From contig NC_043001.1 of assembly GCF_006345805.1 (NCBI RefSeq), positions 125,116,001 through 125,180,000 of the forward strand: DNA of 64,000 bases, written 5' to 3'. The DNA comes from Octopus sinensis. Taxonomy: Eukaryota. The stretch's first letter is position 1. Every line of letters starts with the position of its first letter. The position numbers and the translations under genes are program-made. Below the pieces are notes generated by a model. It saw nothing but the letters and a program-made list of their open reading frames with translations, was not told the origin of the DNA and did no database searches. Positions 50,340-63,834 of this stretch are shown one piece after another.

Positions 50340-52540
50340 CTTAACACTGCTTCTTAGCTACAAGATCTTCAATGCGTGGTTGAATGCCAAAGCAGGCACA
50401 ACATAAGTCCCTTTCAATATTCAGCCTGTTTCTGTACTTGGTCTTGACAGCAACAAGCATGGAAAATGCAGCTTCACAAAGATACGTAGATCCAAACATA
50501 GCTAAAATCCAAAGAGCCTAATGTGAGATCAGAGGGTAAACAGGAAGGTAATCGACCCAGAATGTTTCAAGATCCAGTTCTTTGAAGTCTTCCTTAGCTG
50601 GGGAGTTGAACTTCAGCCCAAGAAACTCCTCTTGCACTTCATCCAAAACATCAGTCACTTCACACTGAAATGGGTTCTTGATGAATTTCCAAGCTTCACA
50701 CTTTTTTTCATCTATATCTGGGAAGTATCTGATGAATTCTGTTTTCAAGTTAGTTAGATGAGTGGTTATTTGTTTCTTTAACTCAGAATTAAGGTTACCA
50801 TGAATGAGAGCAGAATCCAAGTAACTAAAACTTGCAGTATTTCCCTGCTGGATATGACATTTCCAGAGGTCAAGTTTGGCCATGAAGGTTCGAATGGTGT
50901 CATGGTGTGTGAAAATTTTAATGTTTTTCTCTTGTAGTTTAAGGTCGAGAGTGTTCAATGCTTCGAAGATGTCCACTAGATAAGCTAGAGATAGCTGAAA
51001 ACCTTCAGACTGGAACTTGTCATGGAGATCTGCCTTCTGCAGCAAATCTAGAAATATTGCTACTTCTTGTAGTTCATAAAGCTGTCCAAGCATGTTCCCC
51101 TTTGACAGCCATCGTATGTTCTTGTGAAAAAGCAATGCTTCATGTTCAAATTCCATATCTTTACACAACAGGCGCAGGAGTGGCTGTGTGGTAAGTAGCT
51201 TGTGAGCGGATTTGGTAGACGGAAACTGAAAAGAAGCCCGTCGTATATATGTATATATATATATGCATTTGTGTGTTTGTGTGTCTGTGTTTGTCCCCCT
51301 AGCATTGCTTGACAACCGATGCTGGTGTGTTTATGTCCCTGTTACTTAGCAGTTTGGTAAAAGAGACCAATAGAATAAGTACTGGGCTTACAAAAAGAAT
51401 AAGTCCCGGGGTCGAGTTGCTCGATTAAAGGCGGTGCTCCAGCATGGCCGCAGTCAAATCACTGAAACAAGTAAAAGAGTAAAAGAGTAACAGTTTGAAA
51501 AGATGACTGTTTAAGGCTCAACCTTCAACAAAGTCGACAACCTTGATAGTAACATTCAGGACATTTCTCATTTCAGTAGGCAAGGTTTTGGATGTTAAGG
51601 GTTCACAATGAAGTATGCAACAAATGGATTTTTTCTTTCACCCTAGTAATGAATCCAGACTGCAGACCAAGCATGGCTGGAGCTTCATCAGTGCACACCC
51701 CTACCTGTGAATCCCACAAGCTGCTGCTGTTGTACAGCTATTCACAGAGTGACAGAACATTTCATCTTTTACACAGTTGCCTGAAACAAAACGAGCATAC
51801 AACAGCAGCTGAGAACACTGAGCAATGTCAGTCGTTTCATCACACTGGATGGTAAAAACAGGAGAATCAATTACTTGGTCAAGAATTTGATCTTTGATGC
51901 CTTGAGACAAGTTGTCAATCCTTCCCTTGACTGTATTGTTTGATAGTGAAATCTGGAAAAGCTTGTTTGCATGGTATAGACTTGGTTTTTATGAGAGACT
52001 CTCTGATGTTATGGCTCTTCTTGCTCTTTGCAATCAACATCATCATCATCATTGTTCAACCGTGTTCGAGACAACGGAATTTACCATGCTACGCCAGACT
52101 TCACGGTCCATCATAGCACTACGGAGGTCCTATTGCTGGATACCTGTATCCCTGGAGATTACATCAGGGTAGGAGAGTGTGCGCCCTCTGGTATTGCGAG
52201 TAGATGGCTTCCAGAGGAGAAGAGTCGAAATTGCCTTGTTTTCAGCTCTACAACAATGTCCAGCAAACTGGACTCTCCTACCTTTCACAAGAGATGACAC
52301 AGGTGGTAGTTTCCCATATATTTGGATTTTGGTTGGATGACGCTTCCACAAGAGATTTTGAGCTCTCATAAGGAGGCGATCTCATAGGAAGCCTCAACAA
52401 CAATTGAAGTTTGTTGCTGAAATGCCCACAACTGTCTAACTTAGCTTGCTTCATGGAATGTACTTTTGTTTCAAAGAATGCCTTGGGTTTGTCTACAAGA
52501 GCAGGATGTGTTGTCCTCAAGTGGCATTCCAAGGGTGAGG
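50340..52540 (-). mobile_element. hAT Buster/ZBED8-like transposase fossil interrupted by SINE A (51171-51488) and RTE (52030-52380)
   Basis: IQCDETTDIAQCSQLL, LLFHKNIRWLSKG, LAYLVDIFEALN, FMAKLDLWK motifs. Confidence 0.85.
52030..52380 (-). mobile_element. 5'-truncated RTE LINE, same family as 810-1330
   Basis: Nearly the same sequence, with (GAT)n tail; host frame ASYE|IAKSKK rejoins when it is removed. Confidence 0.9.
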
Positions 52541-53428
52541 GTCACATTCCATCATTGCTCAAAATTTTGTAACATATCACACACTGGGGGACTTCTGTGT
52601 CACGCTTTTGGAGGGACATGAATCCAAATCGAATATATTTGTCAAAATACTTCCATTTCTTTGTACTCATTGTGAATTATTTGATGTGCAGTGGACAACA
52701 CAAATATATGAACAAAAGATAAGGCACGTGTAAGGTAATGTCAAGGCCCAAGTTAAAATGCTTGCCCAAGTTAGAATGCTTGGAGAGAAAAGTACTGAAA
52801 AAAATTTTAAGCAAAAAAATTTGGAATAAAAGTTAAATTAAAAGAAAAGTTATGCGAAAAATTTCTACAATAAAATGTTGTATTTATTTGTATGAAAATC
52901 TAAAAAAAAATTTCTTTAAAAAGGAAAAGATTGTGCATATTTTTCAATTTCATCTAGTACTTTCTGAAATATTTAAATCTGAATTTTAGTTTAACATTTA
53001 GCTTTATATTATAATTTTTTTTCTTGCAAAAAGATTTACTGTATTTTAGCATGAATATTTAATGTTAAAAATTTTGATTTTATTGTTAAAATTTTTCATT
53101 TTTTCAATCTGTGTTTTAATTTTTTTGAGACTTTATTAAATTGAATGATAGTAGAGCCTTTTACCTACTTTTTGTTTTTTAATTCCTATTTTCAAATATA
53201 TCATACTTCTCATCTTGCTAAAATTTTTAAATAGTTTTCAATTTTCTAAATAAAGTTAATATTTTTTAGTATGTTACTATAATGGTTTGATAATGTTTCA
53301 GCATGTCTCTTAATTTTTAAGAATTACATTATTTCATATATATGAAAACTATGGATCAACTTGTTTATAAGCTATTAACTAAAAAAGATATTTTGTCTTT
53401 CCATGGTAATAATATCTAAGATTTATAC

Positions 53429-53765
53429 CAGCAGTTCTTAACCTAAATCTTGTAACAAAACAAAATTACAAGATAAAGGCAAAAGTTAAAGCTCCAATTC
53501 AGAATTAGGGAGGGTTTCAAGGGATATGAAGTGGGGTCAATAAGTACAGAAAAGAGTAAGTGGCACTAAGATAGTAGAATAAGAAAACTAAAAGTACAAG
53601 GTGATACTTTTAAATTTTTCATAAACTTCTCATTATTTGACCATGCTCTCGTTAAGAGAATAACAAATATAATTAGAGAAATTCCTGCTTTTTCTCAAGG
53701 GCTCGCACCCCCTTGGAAATTAGTAACACTCTTGTGGAGCGTGCCCCTCAGGTTAAGTACCACTG
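53429..53765. mobile_element. Old hAT MITE
   Basis: TIR CAGCAGTTCTTAACCT / AGGTTAAGTACCACTG; TSD not recognisable. Confidence 0.55.
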
Positions 53766-54859
53766 TTTTAAGGGCTACTTTATTTCCACCCATAGCACCT
53801 TCTCATATGCACGACTAACTGAAATTGTATACTCAGTGGTTTACACTAACCCTGAAAAAGGTAAAGCAAATTTTGTGAGGTTTGTTATGGAATACTTGAG
53901 TTTTAGTTGGGGAGGAGTTTCTGGATATCAGTAACCTAAGAGTATTTGATTTTCAAAGCTTCTTGGGCATAGATTCCAAATCTTTTATCCCTGGTAGGGA
54001 TAAATTTTCAATTTTAATGAGGGAAAGGAAGACCTCACTAACCCCACCTCATCATTTACTTTCCCTTACTTCTGAGCTGACAGAGGTGGTGAGCTGGCAG
54101 AATTGTTAGCACGCCAGGTGAAATGCTTAGTGGTATTTCGCCTGTCTTCATATTCTGAGTTCAAATGCCGTCAGGGTTGACTTTGCCTTACATCCTTTCA
54201 GGGGCGATAAAATAGGTACCAGTTGAGTACTAGGGTCAATGTAACTGTCTATCCACCTTCCCAAAATTTAAGGCCTTGTGCCTTCAATAGAAAGGATTAT
54301 TTCTGAGCTGACAAGATACTTTTAATTATACATGGTTATTATCAGTTCAAATATGCTTGGGACTTATTCAAACTCATAAGAAGGTCATTCTCCGTGATTT
54401 GTCACAGAGAAAATTTCTGGCTATAGGCAAATGGTGTAAATTACACCATTACACTATTTGTCTACAACGAGAAATTTTCTTTATGACAAAACACACTGAA
54501 TGACTTTCCTACAAGTTTTAATATGCCACAAGCATATTTGAACTGGTAATAATCTTGTAGTTATACACATTACTGCTTAGCATTTTTAACTATTTGTTAA
54601 AGTGTATTCTAGTTACACTCTCCATCTGTAAATGAGCTCATATTTCTGTACAACTAAATGTAAATTTACCTGTAGTTAGAAAAAACATGGGAGGAATGTA
54701 GCTGAATGTCTTTAAATTTTGAAAGATGGACATTTGCATTATACATGAGTGCATCATCAACCACCATTTTATTTTATAGGGAGTAAATATAGAAAGTTCC
54801 ATATAGAATTTTCTTCATATGGTGAACTAGAATATAAAGAGATGGTATACTGTTACATT

Positions 54860-55275
54860 TGAATGAAACCTTAAACAAACATAAAATTATTAACCATCTT
54901 ACAAACAATAACTCTGAGCACCTTTTCAAACTCCACCCGTCTAACACCCGTGGACATATTTACAAAGTCAGAAAACAGCACAGCTCCCATGACTTTAGGA
55001 AACATTTTTTCATGCTGCGAGTTGCTGAAGCATGGAATAAACTGCCAGCATCAGTTGTTAGTTGTCGGAGCACTGCATCCTTCAAAACTTCCATGCTTTC
55101 TGAGATTCGCCAACACTACACCTGATTTTCTCCCCTCCATACACACACAAGCATGTATCTGACTCATACATTGTTCGCTTTCCAGACATTTGTACATTAC
55201 TGCATATACTTTATACGCACTTTCTGACAAGTTGTGGTGCACCTGAGCACTGTATACAATAATTTCATTATTATT
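54860..55275 (+). mobile_element. CR1 LINE 3' end
   Basis: NTRGHIYKVRK..RKHFFMLRVAEAWNKLPASVV signature; (ATT)n tail. Confidence 0.85.
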
Positions 55276-55354
55276 ATATTTTATTTTATTTCTGTTCCAA
55301 TTTCTGCTGCAATATTTTAAAACTTCCTCTTCTTCTTGTCCTGTACTTTTCCAG

Positions 55355-55422
55355 GATCAATTAATTAAGATTATTAATATTCATGCATTCTCATTTTTGC
55401 TGCCAGTTCAATATTTTTATAG
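55355..55422 (+). CDS. Candidate internal exon, phase 0 to 2 (DQLIKIINIHAFSFLLPVQYFY)
   Basis: Long pyrimidine tract ending TTTTCCAG, donor AG|GTAATG, only one frame open; phase fits the 63694 candidate exon. Confidence 0.4.
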
Positions 55423-55479
55423 GTAATGCATATTACAGTAAAAAAAATAATTGTTATTGAAACAAAATTGCAAAAAACC

Positions 55480-56615
55480 AACTCTAGTTAGGACAAATTC
55501 TAGTAACTGTAGTGTAGAAACCGAGAGGAGCATAATAGAGAGCATCTAGCATGTAGTAAACTCCATCCACCTAAGTATCAAGGTAACTATTGATTACCCC
55601 ACAAGCCACCCAAACAATAAACTCCCTGTCTTTGATACCGAACTTTGGTTAGAGACTGTGAACAACAAGTGTGCAGCTCTTCCACTCCTATTACATAAAG
55701 CCCATAGGTTCTAAATATTTTGTTCACAAGAACTCAGCTTAGTCACACATGGAAATTAACATACTGATAGCAAACTTAGGATAGCAAACTTAGGATAATG
55801 AAAAACGTGTACCCCCTATGTGGACCCTATGATACAAGGAAATATGTACAGGACTTCATGCATCACATGCAATTCTCTGGATATGATCTGAAAGATAGCA
55901 TTCAGGTAATCAGGAGAGCTAGAGAGAAGTCAGATGGCATTATATGTAATGAAACCAGTGGTACCTGCCCTAGATACAGAGGTAAAGACTAGAATAGGGT
56001 ACAGAGAGTGTGTGACAAAGCAAGCAGGGTGAGCACATGGTATAAGAGCTGACAAATATCAAGGAGTGATGTTTGTAGGGGCCACAGCCCATGGGGAACT
56101 AACCTGTAGATTTAGGAAAGCTCTGAAGGAGACCAAACTCAACATTAAGATCGTTGAAAAGCTAGGGAGCTCCATCAGATCACAGTTATGTAGGACATAC
56201 CGCTTTTGAGAATACCCCATGCACCAATGAGAATTGCATGGTATGTAAGATTAAACATTAGAAATGTAGTCTACAGCAAAAGATGCATAGAGGGTGCTTG
56301 TAAAGACAATAACTTGACATACACTGGTGAGACGTCTAGAAGCATTGCAGAAAGACTAAATGAACATCTGAGACAATATGATGACAGAAAACAGTCCTCC
56401 ATACTCTACCAACATGGAGGCACACTGGGCCGACTTAACATCCACATTTTATCGAAGCACCTGAAGGACCCATCACTCAGACAAATATAGAAGTACATCC
56501 TCATAAATAAAACATACTCTATACTAAATAGGAAATACACATAGAAGGTCGTGATACTCCTATATCCACAACATATACATACACGGGTAGATTTCTTAGT
56601 AGACTGTTATGTAGG

Positions 56616-56678
<63 letters not shown>

Positions 56679-56685
56679 TTATATA

Positions 56686-56718
<33 letters not shown>

Positions 56719-57568
56719 CTTTATATATGTATGTATATATATATATATAATCTTTATATATGTATGTATATATATATATATATATATATAACATAAGGGA
56801 CGTTAGCCATCCAAATGTGGCTAGGGACAGGGCAGGGCGGTGGGGGTGTTACTGATGCATTTAGCCCCAGGCGATCATCAACGTCACCAGAAGGGCTGAC
56901 GCCATCACGGCGTCCTCTAGCCTGCAAAGGGAGATCATTCCCCGAAGAAGCGGATGCCACATACGGACCCAGGTTTCAAGGTGTTTGCCTATGGTCAATG
57001 TATGGCAGGCACTGTCCCTCGACGAACGACTCTCTGTGCAGGCTATCTATATAAAGATTTTCACAGTAAATACATTTACTGATGTAGAAAATCTGTTCGA
57101 CAGCAATAATAATTCTCTAAACGAGGTATAGACAGTAACTGCTCGATAACATAAGGGACGTTAGCCATCCGAATGTGGCTAGGGACAGGGCAGGGCGGTG
57201 GGGGTGTTACTGTCGAACAGATTTTCTACGTCAGTAAATGTATTTACTGTGAAAATCTTTATATAGATAGCCTGCACAGAGAGTCGTTCGTCGAGGGGCG
57301 GTGCCTGCCATACGTTGACGATAGGCAAACACCTTGAAACCTGGGTCTGTATGTGGCATCCGCTTCTTTGGGGAATGATCTCCCTTTGCAGGCTAGAGGA
57401 CGCCGTGATGGCGTCAGCCCTTCTGGTGACGTTGATGATCGCCTGGGGCTAAATGCATCAGTAACACACCCACCGCCCTGCCCTGTCCCTAGCCACATTC
57501 GGATGGCTAACGCCCTTATGTTATCAAGCAGTTACTGTCTATACCTCGTTTAGAGAATTATTATTGCT
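55480..57568 (+). mobile_element. Penelope-like element remnant: RT C-terminus, GIY-YIG endonuclease, direct and inverted pLTRs
   Basis: SIKVTIDYP..NNKLPVFDTELW (RT), LTYTGETSRSIAERLNEH (GIY-YIG); 358-bp pLTR unit at 56791, partial direct repeat at 57149, inverted copy 57210-57568. Confidence 0.85.
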
Positions 57569-57575
57569 ATATATA

Positions 57576-57637
<62 letters not shown>

Positions 57638-58043
57638 CAAAATGGGACAAGAGTGCAAAACATTCAAATAGACAATACAAAAAAACACTGCTGGGTCATT
57701 CGGAGCCTCTAATCTTCAGTCAAGAACCGGATCATCCTCGCAATTTTGGCTGATTAATCTTGAGATTGCTCCGATCTGGCCAGCCCCAAGGAAAAACTAA
57801 GCTGCGAGCATTAGATTTCTTGGAAAAAGGATTGAATGTATACGAAACAAGGACAGAAAAACGGACGATGTTACACGAATATAAATACAAAAAACAAAAA
57901 ATAATACGAATATAAATACAAAAAAATAATACGAATAATATATATATATATATTAGTAGGTAAATGGCTATGTAGCTAGAGATGTATGTAGATAGATAGG
58001 TAGATAGGTACATAGCTAATCTAATAGAGACAAACAAGCACAT

Positions 58044-58079
<36 letters not shown>

Positions 58080-58789
58080 AGATGGAAACACATGACCATA
58101 TACACACATGCACACTCCATGCACAAAGGCACATATGGAGACACATCCTTACTTAACAGACGCATGTACATAGTCACACAAACACATACACATAGACACA
58201 CTCAAATGTGCACACACAAGGAGACAGAGGTACACACACAAATACACACACACACACACATACGCATGCACACAAACACTTGCGCATGCATGTACACACA
58301 CACACATAATCACATGAATATTCAAAATACATAATAAAAACATACACACATGCATACATGCATATAAACATACATACATATACACACATCTACCTACCTA
58401 CATACATACATACATACATACATACATACATACATACATACATACACACACATCTACCTACCTACCTACATACATACATACATATGTGTATACACATGCA
58501 TGCTGATATACACACATGCACACAAACAACCAAAAAGAACACAGCTCCAATAACGAACAGAGTCAATAACCTATTGAAGAGGTTACAAGAAGCACTGAAA
58601 ATGTTAGAAGAAAAATAAATAAGTAAATGAGTGGAAACTGAACGTGTGAGTGTGTTAATTAATAAGGCATTAAAACAGAATGACACTCCTCAGACACAAC
58701 AAAGTAAATTTTATAAATTGTCGAAAAGTAAATCACATAGAAATGCCAATAAAGAATTCAAAACAAGACGGGTGAGAAAATGCCTTTAA

Positions 58790-59102
58790 AACGGCAGTGT
58801 TGTTGTTGCTTGTTCCTTCTCAAGCCATGCCTGACTAATAAGGGCCGGTTTCCCAGTTTCATTGGTGTACAGGGTCTCCACCTGGACAGGATCCGGTCCA
58901 TCGCAGGTGAGCAGCTAGATGCAGGAGCAAACAGTGAGAGGAAGTTGTGGAAAAAGAGTTAGCAGAAGTTCGCCATTACCTTCTGCCGGAGCTGCGTGGA
59001 GCTTACATGTTTCGCTCATAAACACACACATCACCCGGTCTGAGATTCGAACCCACGATCCCTTGACCGCGAGTGTGCTGCTCTAACCACTAGGTCATAT
59101 GC
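58790..59102 (-). mobile_element. tRNA-Arg-headed SINE (family D, tail type 3 with V-domain-like core)
   Basis: Head ..CTAGTGGTTAGAGCAGCACACTCGCGG..GGTTCGAATCTC; core CTGCGATGGACCGGATCCTGTCCAGG. Confidence 0.75.
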
Positions 59103-59319
59103 TTACACATAAAACAGCAATAGATGAATTAAATGGTGCAAATCAGAAAGTGATTCAAGAGATATGAATTGATCAGCTTGAAGCAAAAAGGGTCTGATCA
59201 TGTTCATATTTTTGAGAAATACCTTCAGTACACTGAGTCTTTGGATCAGCATGGTGCTGGACAAATAAGTTTTAAATATTTCAAATGATCTAAATATCTT
59301 TCTAAAACATAGGGCAGTG

Positions 59320-60110
59320 AGCTGGCAGAAGCATTATCAACACTGGGTAAAATGCTTACTCTTTTACTCTTTTACTTGTTTCAGTCATTTGACTGCGGCC
59401 ATGCTGGAGCACTGCCTTTAATCGAGCAACTCAACCCCAGGACTTATTCTTTTGTAAGCCCAGTACTTATTCTATCGGTCTCTTTTGCCGAACCGCTAAG
59501 TAACGGGGACATAAACACACCAGCATCGGTTGTCAAGCAATGCTAGGGGGACAAACACAGACACACAAACACACACATGCATATATATATATATATACAT
59601 ATATACGACGGGCTTCTTTCAGTTTCCATCTACCAAATCCACTCACAAGGCTTTGGGCGGCCCGAGGCTATAGTAGAAGACACTTGCCCAAGGTGCCACG
59701 CAGTGGGAGTGAACCCGGAACCATGTGGTTGGTAAACAAGCTACTTACCACACAGCCACTCCTGCTTAGTAGTATTTTGTCCGTCTTTATGTTTTACGTT
59801 CACATTCTGCCAAGGTTGACTCTGTCTCTTATCCTTTTGGGCTTGATAAGATGTAATCGACTTACTCCCACCCCCAAAACTGCAGGCCTTGAGCCAAAAT
59901 TTGAAATGAATATTTTTCTAAAACATAAGGCAGCAAAGCGGCAGAAGCATCAGCACAGTGGCCAAAGTGCTCAGTGGTATTTCATCCATCTTTAAGTTCG
60001 AATTCTGCAGAGAATTTAGGGAGTCAATAAAATAAGTACCAGTTGAACACTGGGGTTGATGTAATCGACTTGTCCCCTCTACAGGCCTTGTGTCAAAAAT
60101 TCAAAATCAA
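59320..60110. mobile_element. SINE A (-, 59357-59765) inserted into an old SINE B, plus a further SINE B variant
   Basis: SINE B head at 59320 resumes after 59765. Confidence 0.75.
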
Positions 60111-62349
60111 TATTTTTCTGAAACATAGCAGTTTGTCAGCCTCTGTTCAATTCTCACAATGTCTCAAAGGGACTCTTTCTCTCCAATGAAGAACACTGCC
60201 ACAATGTATCCTGGATGTGAAAGGAATATTAATGAAGGCTAAAAAGTGAGCCAAGTGGAAGGGAAAGTTTTTAATTGAGGGCAGGAACTAATTGCCAATC
60301 TGTAAGAATCTGCGAAAATGCATCTATAAACTTTCCTAGTTCACATTATGTTGTAAAGTGGTCACTTGCCACTGTTGTATCTGTCTTTTGACAACAGTTG
60401 TCGCTCTGACAGATGTTGTTATATTCCAAAGCCATCAATAGAATGGTTCTATCTGGCACTGTACGATCCTCAGTCATACAGTGTTATCAGTGCTTTCATT
60501 CTAGAGATGCCTGGATGTCTCACATGGAACTCTTTTAGCATTCTCTTCTGTACTGTCTGTGGTATGATGACCCTCTGAGTGTACATTAATACACCATCAC
60601 ATATAGAGTACACATTCACATCTTGGTGGTTCTTTACATCAGATCTTTCTTTATTTCCTTTTGTCGATCAAAGCTTTCTTTTTTTCTCATTCGTAAATTT
60701 GGCATTTCTCGCATTTATTTTTATTTTTTCCAAAGTTACTGGTAGTTCACACATGATGTCCCTCATTACTTCCTTTTTGTTTCATTTCATCAACCTCGTT
60801 CGATCACTTGACTGCTCCGTTTACACTATTGTACAAAGCTCCTATAAGTGTCTCCCATAAATTAAATCTCTCCATACATTCAGTGCCAAATAAATTCCTG
60901 AAATTTTTTCAACACATAAACATTCACTCTTGTGGTTCAACCTTTGAGCATTATATTACAAACGTGTTCACCCATGAAATATAATTTTCTTCTTGTAAAA
61001 CCGTATGCTATTTTGTTTTAACTACATAATTTTGGTTTACCCATTTGTTCCCATGCTTTCATCATCATCATCATCATCAACGTTTAGCGTCAGTTTTCCA
61101 TTATTTATGATTGTGATACCACTTCCTGTGTCTACTTGCATTCTGAACCTAGTATTTTCAATTCTCACATTCACAAATTTTCTGTCTGTTGTAGTCACAA
61201 CTTTTCCTGCTGACAAACTATTTATTTTTTCTTGTTTGTTCCATTTTCTTATCATTCTAGTTTTGCAGTGCAATTTTATATGTCCTGTAAACCTGAAGCA
61301 AAAACACTTTGCTCTTTTATACAGACAATTTTTTTTCAGGTGCATCCCACCACATATCATACATGGGTCTACATGCCAATATATTTTCTGTCTTTTCTGC
61401 AACGCTTTGTCTTCCAAATTTTTTGCACTGGTTTTATGTGGAAACACTCTTTCTGTTGAATTTTTTCTGTGTCATGCCTTAATTCTAATATCCTGTCATA
61501 CTCTTCCAACAGTTTCTGCAATATCAAATCCTGATTCATTTTCAGTTTTGATAGAATTTTCATTTGGATTTCTGCATCCCTTCTATTTGTCAATCCTTGA
61601 GCAAAAATCAAACACTTGAAAGAATCTGGAGTAAGCATATCTAGCCTAAATCTCTCACATTCTTTGTTCACTCTACCTGTATAAGTAGTGAAGTCTTCAT
61701 CTTTGCTCTTTTCTGTTTAAGCATTTCCATGTGGTATCAAACAGTGAGATAATATCATCTGTGTCGGTGAACTTTATGTCAGACACTTTTTTTGGCAGTG
61801 TGAAGTTACTATATACTTCTCATGCTCTAATGTCTCTAGTTTTCTTAAAACTTGATGCCATTTCATATCATCTGTCCAATGCTTACATTCCCTTTAAAAA
61901 ATTTGCTGATATCTTCGAAAGTAAGCCTCAAAGGTTTCCTTCTACTGGGTAATATTTGAATTTGCTTATGGAATTTGCAACATGGTCAGGTGAAAATGTT
62001 TTCTCTGGATTGGTTATCAACTTCATTAACTGTAACATTTGCTGCTACAATTCTTGTTGTTTCTTGAATTATTGTTGTTGCTGGTTTTGTAATTCAACTA
62101 TCCTATCCCAGCTAACAAGTCTTCCATATTTTACGATTTTCGTAAGTTTGCACAATAAGATTTTTGTTTCTTTTTTGTCGCGGTATTTAATTTTCCATGT
62201 GAATTAGTTTAAGCTCTCCGTATGAGTGTTTATTTTTCCTCACTCCACGTAAATTTGTTTTTCCTCATTGCCATTGTTGTAAAGTGGTCTTTTGCCACTG
62301 TTATATCTGTCTTTTGACGACAGTTGTTGCTCTGACAGATATTGTTATA

Positions 62350-62580
62350 CAAGGCAGCGAGCTGGCAGAAACGTTAGCACGCCAGGCGAAATGTGTAGCC
62401 GTATTTCGTCTGCCGTTACTTTCTGAGTTCAAATTCCGCTGAGGTCGACTTTGCCTTTCATCCTTTCGGGGTCGATAAATTAAGTACCAGTTACGCAATG
62501 GGGTTGATATAATCGACTTAATCCGTCTGTCTGTCCTTGTTTGTCCCCTCTATGTTTAGCCCCTTGTGGGTAGTAAAGAA
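62350..62580 (+). mobile_element. SINE family B with 15-bp TSD
   Basis: ACAGATATTGTTATA at 62335-62349 and 62581-62595. Confidence 0.9.
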
Positions 62581-62611
62581 ACAGATATTGTTATATTCTA
62601 AAGTCATTGAT

Positions 62612-63000
62612 AGGCGCAGGAGTGGCTGTGTGGTAAGTAGCTTGCTAACCAACCACATGGTTCTGGGTTCAGTCCCACTGTGTAGCATCTTGGGCAAGTG
62701 TCTTCTGCTATAGCCCCGGGCCGACCAATGCCTTGTGAGTGGATTTCGTAGACGGAAACTGAAAGAAGCCTGTCGTATATATGCATATTTATATGTGTGT
62801 GTTTGTGTATCTGTGTTTGTCCCCCTAGCATTGCCTGACAACCGATGCTGGTGTGTTTACGTCCCCGTTACTTAGTGGTTCAGCAAAAGAGACTGATAGA
62901 ATAAGTACTGGGCTTACAAATAATAAGTCCCGGGGTCAATTTGCTCAACTGGGGGCGGTGCTCCAGCATGGCCGCAGTCAAATGAAACAAGTAAAGAGTA
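62612..63000 (+). mobile_element. SINE family A inserted in the Gypsy LTR
   Basis: LTR sequence resumes TAGAATGGTTCTAT on the far side. Confidence 0.9.
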
Positions 63001-63693
63001 TAGAATGGTTCTATTTGGCACTGTACAACTAAACAAGTTGGATCATTATAACATTCGCTCAGTACCACAATATAATTACTATATCAGCACAGACATGACT
63101 ATCAACACAGTCTTCTGTCAACTGGTTACTGGTCTATTTATAATGACTGGCTACGACCACTTTTTACTGGGAAGGGTGTACAATTTCACTGCAAAAAATA
63201 TTAAATTACTGCTTTGAAATGAAAGCTTAAATGGTGTTTTTATGTTGGTTTTTGAAATGATTTGAGACATTTATAATTTTGTCTGACTCTATGCAAAGAA
63301 AGCAGCATTGTATGTTATGAATACAAGCTTCATTTCACCTTTGCATTATTGAAGAGGGTAGGGCAAAAAAAATTTCGTTTATTTTTTATGTAGGCTGGTT
63401 TGAGGAGTGGGAACACCTGTACTGATACATTTTATATTTCTATCAGGCATGTGACTTTATTCTGAAAGCCAGGGGAGGGAATGGTATAAAAAAGTGAAAT
63501 TTAAAAAAAAAATGATTTTTTTGAGTTTTGGTAGTCATTTCTTGTATGCCAAAATAGTTGCAAGAAGATCTCCTTTGTTGTGTCTGTTGGTTCAACTGGA
63601 ATCCATGAATGCTTGGGAGGTACTGCTATTCCAATAATCAAATAAGGGTTTCATTTAAAAATAAACACAAAATGTTAAAAATTATTTTTTCAG

Positions 63694-63834
63694 AGATTTG
63701 GCTGTTATTTCAAGTATGTCAAGTGACCATATTGAGCTGCTCTTTCATTTTGTCTGCTGGTCCAATAAGCATTCACACATGTGGAAACAAGTTCTCAAGT
63801 TTAAAAACATCTAGAATGTTGATACTGGGCTGAG
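63694..63834 (+). CDS. Candidate 141-nt exon (phase 2 to 2) with one in-frame TAG at 63812-63814
   Basis: Acceptor ATTATTTTTTCAG, strong donor GAG|GTGAGT; reads DLAVISSMSSDHIELLFHFVCWSNKHSHMWKQVLKFKNI*NVDTGL. Confidence 0.35.

Larger units (their letters stand above)
60349..63053 (-). mobile_element. Internally deleted Ty3/Gypsy (Mag-like) element: LTR-PBS-gag-PR-partial IN-LTR
   Basis: Direct repeats 60349-60470 and 62275-63053 (the latter split by SINE B and SINE A), PBS-like ATGGCAATGAGGA, Zn knuckles CMICGGMHLKKNC and C..TGHIKLHC, protease QVDTGSGITII, KEFHVRHPGISRMK. Confidence 0.85.

Noticed and set aside
50518-51315. 265-aa ORF, the longest in the window
   Set aside because: Chance in-frame fusion of an antisense SINE A with a hAT transposase fossil; neighbouring transposase parts are frameshifted and interrupted.
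53322-54821. Several small open exon-like segments (53322-53405, 53796/53837-53860, 54347-54384, 54780-54821) and a faint CACUL1/cullin resemblance
   Set aside because: Phases cannot be chained unambiguously, such pseudo-exons are common in AT-rich DNA, and the similarity is too weak to call a gene.
56791-57148. Hammerhead ribozyme expected in this pLTR
   Set aside because: No CTGANGA..GAAA arrangement with pairing stems on either strand; weak look-alikes at 7400-7450, 40060-40140 and 57690-57720 also fail stem checks.
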